From the IMG/VR virus record IMGVR_UViG_3300026097_000876, positions 1 to 64,000 of that record: 64,000 nucleotides of DNA. One strand, given 5' to 3'. Below, piece by piece: positions 1 to 6,554 of this stretch (position 1 is its first letter; each line of letters opens with the position of its first letter). The position numbers were made by a program, and so were the translations under genes. The notes under the pieces were generated by a model. That model did not search any database. It was not told the DNA's origin and was given only the letters and a program-made list of their open reading frames with translations.

Positions 1-17
1 TACTAAGAGACCAAAAA

Positions 18-93
<76 letters not shown>

Positions 94-97
94 AATA

Positions 98-172
98 TGG
101 TGGAGGATGGGAGGGTCGAACTCCCGACTTCGCCGTGCAAGGGCAATGTTTTCCCAACTATACTAATCCCCC
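98..172 (-). tRNA. tRNA-Ala(UGC)
   Basis: Anticodon loop CTTGCAC; G3:U70 pair; encoded CCA. Confidence 0.95.
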
Positions 173-176
173 AAAG

Positions 177-260
177 TGGTGGAGAGTGATGGATTCGAAC
201 CACCGCGCAGTTACGACCTGATTTACAGTCAGGTGCTTTCGACCACTCAGCCAACTCTCC
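177..260 (-). tRNA. tRNA-Tyr(GUA)
   Basis: CCTGA-CTGTAAA-TCAGG; long variable arm; CCA. Confidence 0.95.
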
Positions 261-302
261 GCAAACTTGGGACTGTCTTTAAGGCGCAGTCATTCCTTTA
301 AA

Positions 303-379
303 TGGCTCCGGATGAGGGACTCGAACCCCCGCAGACGCGGTTTTGGAGACCGCCGCTCTTCCAACTGAGCTAATCCGGA
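303..379 (-). tRNA. tRNA-Trp(CCA)
   Basis: GCGGT-CTCCAAA-ACCGC; CCA end. Confidence 0.95.
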
Positions 380-385
380 ATAAAA

Positions 386-462
386 TGGTCGGGATTGCTG
401 GATTCGAACCAACGACATCATGCTCCCAAAGCATGCACTCTACCAGACTGAGCTAAACCCCG
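386..462 (-). tRNA. tRNA-Pro(UGG)
   Basis: CATGC-TTTGGGA-GCATG; CCA end. Confidence 0.95.
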
Positions 463-466
463 ATAT

Positions 467-542
467 TGGAGCCACGGACAGGAGTTGCACCTGCATAGTA
501 AGGATTTGCAGTCCTCTGCCTAACTGTTCGAGCCACCGTGGC
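467..542 (-). tRNA. tRNA-Cys(GCA)
   Basis: Anticodon loop CTGCAAA; U73 discriminator; variant T-loop TGCAACT. Confidence 0.9.
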
Positions 543-549
543 GTAAATT

Positions 550-634
550 TGGCGACAGCGTGTAGACGGTGCCTCGCTCCACCGTTTCGTGTCGACCGGG
601 TTACCCCACAGTCCAGATCACTACACTTAACCCA
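550..634 (-). ncRNA. CCA-terminated structured non-tRNA RNA between tRNA-Asn and tRNA-Cys
   Basis: Stems GTGTAG/CTACAC, ACGGTG/CACCGT, GGG-GTAA-CCC; ends GTCGCCA; no T-loop or anticodon arm. Confidence 0.55.
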
Positions 635-640
635 CGAAAG

Positions 641-716
641 TGGCTGCCCGAGCAGGACTCGAACCTGCGACCAAGAGATTAACAGTCTCCTGCTCTACCA
701 ACTGAGCTATCAGGCA
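641..716 (-). tRNA. tRNA-Asn(GUU)
   Basis: GGAGA-CTGTTAA-TCTCT; CCA end. Confidence 0.95.
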
Positions 717-725
717 ATAAACTAA

Positions 726-758
726 TGAGCAGTTTCATCCACACTTGCTCAGGTGTGG
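726..758 (-). ncRNA. Small H-type pseudoknot motif, copy A
   Basis: S1 CCACAC/GTGTGG, S2 TGAGCA/TGCTCA, loop ending AAAC. Confidence 0.6.
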
Positions 759-827
759 CCGGCCGGCATTTGTTAATCGTTAAAAGCCATTAGGTCTTAC
801 AAGCCTGATGCCTAAACAGAGCAGGAA

Positions 828-855
828 CAAGCAGTTTAAAATCATACTCAGGATC
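828..855 (-). ncRNA. Small H-type pseudoknot motif, copy B
   Basis: S1 GATC/GATT, S2 TGAGTA/TGCTTG, loop ending AAAC. Confidence 0.55.
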
Positions 856-901
856 ATCACAATAGGGGAACTCTAAGAGCGCAAACCCTAATGCCTATAC
901 T

Positions 902-1074
902 AAAACACATTAGAAAGTGTGCTTATTTTTATTGCCCGATAGCCTAGGATTTGGCAGGGTCTGTCTAATGCGTCTACAAGGTAGCTAATCCTCTACGACG
1001 AGCTAGGACACTTACAGTTCACGCTGGGGTTACCACACTGAACTCAACCCTAAGCACACTTTCTAATGTATTTT
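902..1074 (-). ncRNA. ~170-nt structured element closed by a 24-bp stem
   Basis: Inverted repeat AAAATACATTAGAAAGTGTGCTTA / TAAGCACACTTTCTAATGTGTTTT (one G.U); internal AGTTCA/TGAACT stem; no ORF; promoter directly upstream. Confidence 0.55.
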
Positions 1075-1075
1075 C

Positions 1076-1120
1076 TCTAACTGTTATACACAGTATAAAG
1101 TCGTGTTATTGTTTTGTCAA
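1076..1120 (-). promoter_or_regulatory. Sigma70-type early promoter
   Basis: TTGACA-17 nt-TATACT followed by GTGTATAACAGTTAG. Confidence 0.8.
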
Positions 1121-1121
1121 C

Positions 1122-1221
1122 CTTATTATAAAGCACACTACGGAATCGAACCGTTTTTTGTGTTGTAACACCTATCGCCACGACCTAGTAGCTACTATAG
1201 GCTAGTGTGCTTTATAATAAG
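1122..1221 (-). ncRNA. tRNA-like element lacking a canonical anticodon arm and CCA
   Basis: 19-bp closing stem, TA-GCCT...AGGT D-like arm, ACGG-TTCGATT-CCGT T-arm. Confidence 0.55.
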
Positions 1222-1321
1222 TGCTGGGCTATCCCCAGCTTGACCTATCTTGTAACATCCAGGCCGCCGCCCATTTATTTTTTATAGTGCTTGTAGGTTC
1301 GCGTTACCATTTGCACTTGCA

Positions 1322-1355
1322 TTAAAAAACCCCGGAGTATTTCTACTTCGGGGTT
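1322..1355 (-). terminator. Intrinsic terminator (part of putative attenuator)
   Basis: AACCCCGAAGTA-GAAA-TACTCCGGGGTT followed by U run. Confidence 0.8.
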
Positions 1356-1381
1356 CCGTATAATCTGTTAACTTAACTAAA

Positions 1382-1480
1382 CTATACGGAACTCCCACGA
1401 TCATAAATCCAACCACAGAACATCCCCGCCGGATTCGACTGGACCTCTGTTGTGTTCTTATGCATCGTTTTGTTCATCAT
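1382..1480 (-). CDS. Putative 32-aa leaderless leader peptide MMNKTMHKNTTEVQSNPAGMFCGWIYDRGSSV
   Basis: ATG 6 nt after the -10 hexamer; stop codon lies in the 5' arm of an antiterminator hairpin. Confidence 0.55.
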   Translation of the reverse strand: MMNKTMHKNTTEVQSNPAGMFCGWIYDRGSSV

Positions 1481-1486
1481 AGTGTT

Positions 1487-1516
1487 ATATTAACCTCGTT
1501 GACTCTGTTTGTCAAC
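1487..1516 (-). promoter_or_regulatory. Sigma70-type promoter with overlapping GTTGAC-N7-GTCAAC palindrome
   Basis: TTGACA-17 nt-TAATAT; dyad at 1498-1516. Confidence 0.65.
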
Positions 1517-1546
1517 CTCTTTTTACCTTTTTATTTATCTTTTTTC

Positions 1547-1621
1547 TGGAGCGGGTAGCGAGAATCGAACTCGCATCTAAGCGTTGGCAACGCTTTGTAA
1601 TAACCATTATACGATACCCGC
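1547..1621 (-). tRNA. tRNA-Gly(GCC)
   Basis: AAGCG-TTGCCAA-CGCTT; U73; CCA. Confidence 0.95.
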
Positions 1622-1628
1622 AATATTT

Positions 1629-1937
1629 TTAAATACGCTGTCCTGGTTCATAAAACTGAAATGTCTTGCCAGCGGCAAACACACAGGCTATGTCATTATC
1701 TTTATTCACAACTATAAAGCTCCAAGACTGTGTTTCTGTGTTTATCCACAGTGACGAATACAGTAAGCTGTCATTTCCCTCAGCAATGCCTTCACTTAGA
1801 AATATTAGTTCTTCGTTGTACTCTTGTTTTATAAAGTCAAGTACTATCTCTGTTTTAGCGCAATCAACTGGAACGTCATATACTTCTGCTTTTGCTGGTG
1901 AGGCGATGAGCAAAAACATCGCCAATAGGTATTTCAT
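1629..1937 (-). CDS. Small secreted hypothetical protein inside the tRNA cluster
   Basis: GGAGAG RBS before ATG 1937; signal peptide MKYLLAMFLLIASPAKA. Confidence 0.7.
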   Translation of the reverse strand: MKYLLAMFLLIASPAKAEVYDVPVDCAKTEIVLDFIKQEYNEELIFLSEGIAEGNDSLLYSSLWINTETQSWSFIVVNKDNDIACVFAAGKTFQFYEPGQRI

Positions 1938-1950
1938 TTTTCTCTCCAAA

Positions 1951-1978
1951 TGAGTAGTTTTAAAACTTACTCAGGTTT
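1951..1978 (-). ncRNA. Small H-type pseudoknot motif, copy C
   Basis: S1 AAAC/GTTT, S2 TGAGTA/TACTCA; ends 3 nt before the RBS of the next gene. Confidence 0.55.
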
Positions 1979-2200
1979 ACCTTTCCTGGGCACCATTTGC
2001 TCAATTGTTTTACAAGGGGAACAAAACCCTTAAAAATTTTTACACAATGCAAAGAGTGAGTGGTTAACCAATGCATCGACCTAGCTACTTGATAAACTAT
2101 GTCTATCTTTCACTACTTTCAGGCGGTTCAGGCCTTTATCGCCGTCTCCCTAAGGAGCTTGTGTCTAGGTCTTTTTATAGTAGTACCGAATCTACATATT

Positions 2201-2277
2201 TGGTGCCGCTGGAGGGAGTCGAACCCCCAACCTTCTGGACCTAAACCAGACGCCTCTGCCAATTGGGCTACAGCGGC
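2201..2277 (-). tRNA. tRNA-Leu(UAG) with short variable loop
   Basis: TCTGG-TTTAGGT-CCAGA; A73; 77 nt; 5-nt variable region. Confidence 0.85.
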
Positions 2278-2291
2278 AAATATCATATTTA

Positions 2292-2382
2292 TGGCGGAGA
2301 TGGAGGGATTCGAACCCTCGATACGCTATTAACGTATACTCCCTTAGCAGGGGAGCGCGATCGACCACTCTGCCACATCTCC
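2292..2382 (-). tRNA. tRNA-Ser(GCU)
   Basis: CTCCC-CTGCTAA-GGGAG; long variable arm; G73; CCA. Confidence 0.95.
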
Positions 2383-2424
2383 ATGTTCCTTTAAATAACG
2401 TTGTAAACTTTTTAGCTTACTTAA

Positions 2425-2456
2425 TTATAATAGCAATTTATTTAGTATTTGTCAAC
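2425..2456 (-). promoter_or_regulatory. Sigma70-type promoter for tRNA-Ser/Leu
   Basis: TTGACA-17 nt-TATTAT. Confidence 0.7.
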
Positions 2457-2481
2457 TACTATTTTTAGTTTTTTCTAAAAA

Positions 2482-3078
2482 CTACCTCATTAAAGTAGAA
2501 ACATCAATATATGATTGGTCTAATGTGTTAAAACTAATAGTGTATCTTTCGTCACTAGAGTTTCTTTGAGTCTCATGATAAAGATAACTAGGCCAAATTA
2601 TTAATTTTCCTGCTTTAGTTGGTATTGCAACATTTTCTATATTATATTCTGTATCATGCTGTTTGGTTTCTGACATCTTAAAAACTGTAGTAGGATTTTC
2701 AATTATTAACGCACAATCATCTGGATCACTAGTTGGATAGTATGCTCCACTTAATACACTCTTTTCATGTCGATGTCTTTTAACTTTGCCGCCTTCTTTG
2801 AGAACATTACACCAACTGTTTACAATAGTGTTTTGTTGTATTCCTGCCTGATCGCAATACACACGCAAACAAGCATCAATTGATTGTCGTAAATCAGCCA
2901 TCGCTAACCTTGTAAGAGCACAATCATATCCTCCAATATAGCTGCTAAGTCCTTTCTCTAAGACTCCGTGCATCTGTAGTCCGCTAATTTGAATTTTCTT
3001 CATAATCACATCGTTATCGACTTGATCAGAAAGATCAAACTCTGCTACAAGAGTAGGAAATAGATTGTGCATTAACAC
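2482..3078 (-). CDS. Putative 2OG-Fe(II) oxygenase (TIGR02466-like)
   Basis: HRHE...SGAYY...IIWPSYLYHET...RYTISFN. Confidence 0.8.
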   Translation of the reverse strand: MLMHNLFPTLVAEFDLSDQVDNDVIMKKIQISGLQMHGVLEKGLSSYIGGYDCALTRLAMADLRQSIDACLRVYCDQAGIQQNTIVNSWCNVLKEGGKVKRHRHEKSVLSGAYYPTSDPDDCALIIENPTTVFKMSETKQHDTEYNIENVAIPTKAGKLIIWPSYLYHETQRNSSDERYTISFNTLDQSYIDVSTLMR

Positions 3079-3437
3079 TATTGCACATCCTCTGGTGATT
3101 TAATTTTTACTTCCTGCACTCGGTCATATCGAAAGCTTCGCCATCCCTTGGCATTAATGTCCCAAACCGAGCATGTTTTATCAGACGTCTTGCGAGTTTT
3201 AGATGATTCTTTATTTTCTACAACAGGCTTAATAGAATCCATTAATGTGCATGTCATTACACGTTTGTCGCCGTCTAATTTTAGAAAAGTAACTTCAACT
3301 AGTTCTTCACGAAGTATCTTTTCTAGATCCTCTTTGGTCGGAATCCCTTTTAGACTTGCTACTGTTTCGCTCACCAAAGATTCGTTCGTAGTTGTCTCTG
3401 TACTTTGCATCGTCTGCACCTTTTCGTTTTCCATCAC
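3078..3437 (-). CDS. DUF2693/WYL_2-like SH3-fold phage protein
   Basis: EVTFLKLDGDKRVMTCTL...VWDINAKGWRSFRYD. Confidence 0.7.
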   Translation of the reverse strand: MMENEKVQTMQSTETTTNESLVSETVASLKGIPTKEDLEKILREELVEVTFLKLDGDKRVMTCTLMDSIKPVVENKESSKTRKTSDKTCSVWDINAKGWRSFRYDRVQEVKIKSPEDVQ

Positions 3438-3461
3438 CTTTACCTCCGTGCCATTCGCTCA

Positions 3462-4079
3462 TTAACGTGCTTCTGCCACTTTATCAGCAAGACCATATTC
3501 TACAGCTTCTTCTGCTGTTAAGAATGTATCAAACTTCATTGTTTCAAATAGCTCTTCGTAGCCTTTGCCTGCTGTGTTGTGTTTTACATACAGTTCGGTT
3601 AGGCGTTTGTTAATCTTTTTACTTTCTTCAAATGCACGTTTTGCATCTTCAAACTCAAGTTCTTGTACATGTACGCTACCGCTTGTGCCACGTGTACCTG
3701 AACTTACACGGTGAATCATTGTGCGGCTTTCTGGCAACACTACACGCTTGCCTGCTGTACCTGCTTGTGCTAGGAAACTACCCATTGAACATGCTTGGCC
3801 CATTACAATAGTTTGCACATCGCATTTGATATACTGCATTGTGTCGTAGATAGCAAGTCCTGCTGTTACAGCACCGCCTGGGCTATTAATATACAGATTA
3901 ATTGTTTTCTCTGGATTTTGTGATTCAAGAAAAAGTAACTGTGCTACAATTACATTGGCCATGTGATCTTCAACTGGACCGTTTAACATCACAATACGAT
4001 CCTTTAGCAACCGACTATAAATGTCGTATGCTCGTTCGCCTTTTGCTTCTTTTTCAACCACCATTGGAATTAGTGCCAT
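3462..4079 (-). CDS. clpP: ATP-dependent Clp protease proteolytic subunit
   Basis: [27 protein letters not shown] (Ser), MIH (His), [15 protein letters not shown]. Confidence 0.95.
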   Translation of the reverse strand: MALIPMVVEKEAKGERAYDIYSRLLKDRIVMLNGPVEDHMANVIVAQLLFLESQNPEKTINLYINSPGGAVTAGLAIYDTMQYIKCDVQTIVMGQACSMGSFLAQAGTAGKRVVLPESRTMIHRVSSGTRGTSGSVHVQELEFEDAKRAFEESKKINKRLTELYVKHNTAGKGYEELFETMKFDTFLTAEEAVEYGLADKVAEAR

Positions 4080-4312
4080 TAACGTTGTCTCCCTTGTTTT
4101 ACATCATAATATTTTGGGCCATCGGAAACGAATTCCATGCCTAGTGCTTTACCAAAGTATTCACCTGTTTTATTGTTATACTTCAATACAATTTTATTAC
4201 CAGCAACGCTTACTGTCAACCCGTCTTCTACTCTAAAATTCATAACTTCAGCGTCGACTTCTATATTAGTGTCTACGTTTTTTAATTTGCACGTGTCTTC
4301 GTGTTTAATCAT
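4079..4312 (-). CDS. Hypothetical protein
   Basis: Tightly packed ORF in the operon. Confidence 0.6.
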   Translation of the reverse strand: MIKHEDTCKLKNVDTNIEVDAEVMNFRVEDGLTVSVAGNKIVLKYNNKTGEYFGKALGMEFVSDGPKYYDVKQGRQR

Positions 4313-4496
4313 TTTCAGATTCGTCCCATTTAAGAATTTTCATATCTTTTCCTTTGCCTTGAGTTTTAAGATACCCTTTTTCAATCAATGCATCAATAAC
4401 AGCTCCAGCATCGTTAGTAGATTTAATGTACCAGCCAAACGCAGTACCAATAATATATGCAATAAAAATCCAAAATTCGTTTACCCACATTTCCAT
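4305..4496 (-). CDS. Small membrane protein
   Basis: One hydrophobic helix FWIFIAYIIGTAFGWYI. Confidence 0.6.
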   Translation of the reverse strand: MEMWVNEFWIFIAYIIGTAFGWYIKSTNDAGAVIDALIEKGYLKTQGKGKDMKILKWDESEND

Positions 4497-4507
4497 TAGT
4501 TGTTTCC

Positions 4508-4783
4508 TTAATTTTCGTATAAGTCAGATCGATCGTCGCCGTTAAGGTTACGCATCAGTTCTTGGTTTTCCCGCTCGACTTTCTGTTTAGCATCACGCCA
4601 CATGTCGCGAATTAGAAAAGCAAAAAAAGGAAGAATCATAAATATCAGTGCTGTAATAATAGCGCCGCCTTCATAAACGTTTTTTTCAATATAAACTGCT
4701 AATGCTATTACACTCCAAACGTATACAGCAACACCTACTGGGACTGCAAGATTTTTAAGAAAGTGTTTCCATACTCTAGGCAT
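4508..4783 (-). CDS. Two-TM membrane protein
   Basis: Two hydrophobic helices; GGAG RBS. Confidence 0.6.
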   Translation of the reverse strand: MPRVWKHFLKNLAVPVGVAVYVWSVIALAVYIEKNVYEGGAIITALIFMILPFFAFLIRDMWRDAKQKVERENQELMRNLNGDDRSDLYEN

Positions 4784-4793
4784 TTTAATCTCC

Positions 4794-5588
4794 TTATACC
4801 TTGTATAGTTTTACATAGTTAAGACGTGTTTCGTCTGCGCTGAACATACGATTCTTTGTATGCGACTTTACTTTAGCTTTAAGACGCTTGCGAGCACCTA
4901 CAGCGTGTTCGTACTTGTTCATGAAGCTAACTAGGTTGCCGTCAACTACACCTACGTAGTTGTAGCTCTCCCACTGACTGCTGTAACGCTTGTCCAGTAT
5001 TTCAATTACACCTTCTACAGTTGCGCCAACAGGCTCAATGTGACGGCTGTCACGGTACTCAATACGGATAGTTTTTGTAAGACTTGCCTCGTGCTGATCA
5101 CGTGCGATAAACTCCGGAGCAAACGCAATACGGCCCATGCTCTTAACCGCTACTTGGTCTTGCGACAGTTCTTTAACCATATCTACCTTGAAGCTGTCCA
5201 GCTCACCCAAGCCCAGCATCACATAACGCTTCATCCACTTGCGAGCCTCTTCTACACTAGCATAGTCTGCTTCAGTAGGTTCAAACATTTCAAAGTCTGT
5301 AGGAAGATACTTTGCGTCAGCAGTGTCCAACTTCTTAGCCCAGTAGAAACGCACAAGACTCTTATTGTCAAACTGTGTCTTGTTGTCTTCTGAGAAGCGA
5401 CGAGTGTCTTTGGTGTAAGTGTTGCCGTTGATGCGATATACTGCATACGCTACAGCAAGTGCGTCTGCTAGACTTACCGTTTTCAAAGGAACAGTTCTGT
5501 AAGATTTGTTGTGACTGTGCTTTAGAGCTTCGTCTTCGTGACGTAGTTCAAATGCAATTTCATCTTTTTTGAATTGTGAAAGTGCCAT
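4794..5588 (-). CDS. Hypothetical early protein
   Basis: Own TTGACA/TATACT promoter at ~5614-5640 and AGAGG RBS. Confidence 0.7.
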   Translation of the reverse strand: MALSQFKKDEIAFELRHEDEALKHSHNKSYRTVPLKTVSLADALAVAYAVYRINGNTYTKDTRRFSEDNKTQFDNKSLVRFYWAKKLDTADAKYLPTDFEMFEPTEADYASVEEARKWMKRYVMLGLGELDSFKVDMVKELSQDQVAVKSMGRIAFAPEFIARDQHEASLTKTIRIEYRDSRHIEPVGATVEGVIEILDKRYSSQWESYNYVGVVDGNLVSFMNKYEHAVGARKRLKAKVKSHTKNRMFSADETRLNYVKLYKV

Positions 5589-5630
5589 GTGTGCCTCTAT
5601 ATTTGCCTAACTGTTATATAAAGTATAGTG

Positions 5631-6101
5631 TCAGAATACAAGATTGTCAAGTGTTTCTTTTAGAAATTCAATTTCTTCTTTGTTGTGCTTCCAAGCAAAT
5701 CCGCGGCTTTTAAATAGTCCGAGGCTAGTGTCTATATCATAAACCTTGCCAAAGCTATTGGTCATATTTTCGCTACTAGTTGCTAGGATAGTGGTATCGT
5801 TGGCACGATAGAACTGCCACCATTCGTTGCACTCCATCAATGGACCATCTAGCATAGTAGTATAAGTTTTATGTCGATCTACCAAATGACTACGGTTGAT
5901 ACCCATGCGACTTACTTTCTTATAACCATGTTCAGCAAACACACGTAGGGCATCTTCGGTAATTCCTATCACTTGCCAATGGTCAGGACATAGCGACAAT
6001 AGCTCTCCTAGCATACGAGCCCGTTTACTAGTTGGTGCTCGCATATTGCGAATTAGCAAGTAATCGTGATATAAATCTTCTTTGTTCACTTTTGTGTCCA
6101 C
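5631..6101 (-). CDS. Hypothetical protein
   Basis: 156-aa ORF in the operon. Confidence 0.6.
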   Translation of the reverse strand: MDTKVNKEDLYHDYLLIRNMRAPTSKRARMLGELLSLCPDHWQVIGITEDALRVFAEHGYKKVSRMGINRSHLVDRHKTYTTMLDGPLMECNEWWQFYRANDTTILATSSENMTNSFGKVYDIDTSLGLFKSRGFAWKHNKEEIEFLKETLDNLVF

Positions 6102-6496
6102 TTCAAATGGCTAAGACGTTCTTGTTCGCACCAACGTATAAACAAACCTGTTTCACGCCCGTGTGCTTCAATCTCACTTGGCTTATCCCAATAGTCATAT
6201 TCGCTTTCGCTGCCTTGGTCAAGTTCGCCTAGCACGTATTGCTTTACGTGTACCATTTCGTGTGCTAGTGTAGTGAGCATATCACGCATGCCTAGTGTAC
6301 GCTTGAGTTCAACTTCAAACTCGCGATCATCTACGTGACAGCAATAACCGTAGGTTTCATCTTTGCTCATCAGGCGAAGATTGATTTCTACAGTAAGATT
6401 CTTGTGTCGAGGAAGGAATTTGTTAACACAAAAGAGTGCCATGCTTTCTGCATACTTCTTTTGATTGCGTGAACCGCCTGATACAATAATTTCCAT
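6086..6496 (-). CDS. HExxH zinc metallopeptidase-like protein
   Basis: TLAHEMVHVKQY...EIEAHG; own promoter at ~6530-6558. Confidence 0.75.
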   Translation of the reverse strand: MEIIVSGGSRNQKKYAESMALFCVNKFLPRHKNLTVEINLRLMSKDETYGYCCHVDDREFEVELKRTLGMRDMLTTLAHEMVHVKQYVLGELDQGSESEYDYWDKPSEIEAHGRETGLFIRWCEQERLSHLKWTQK

Positions 6497-6554
6497 GTGC
6501 GTCTCTGTGTTTGCCTAACTGTTATATACAGTATAAATTCGTCCGGCAAAAATG

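Noticed and set aside
303-379. Suppressor tRNA or stop-codon recoding
   Set aside because: Anticodon is the standard CCA; conserved genes are intact in code 11 and use TAA, TAG and TGA stops
467-542. tRNA-Cys as a pseudogene because of its TGCAACT T-loop
   Set aside because: All stems, the anticodon loop, U73 and CCA are intact; treated as a variant
560-630. Hammerhead ribozyme (GAAAC...GUC geometry present)
   Set aside because: The required CUGANGA core is absent after stem I
420-725. 101-aa plus-strand ORF
   Set aside because: Antisense to tRNA-Pro, Cys and Asn; shadow ORF
6517-6535. LexA SOS box in early promoters
   Set aside because: Spacing is CTGT-N5-ACAG, not N8
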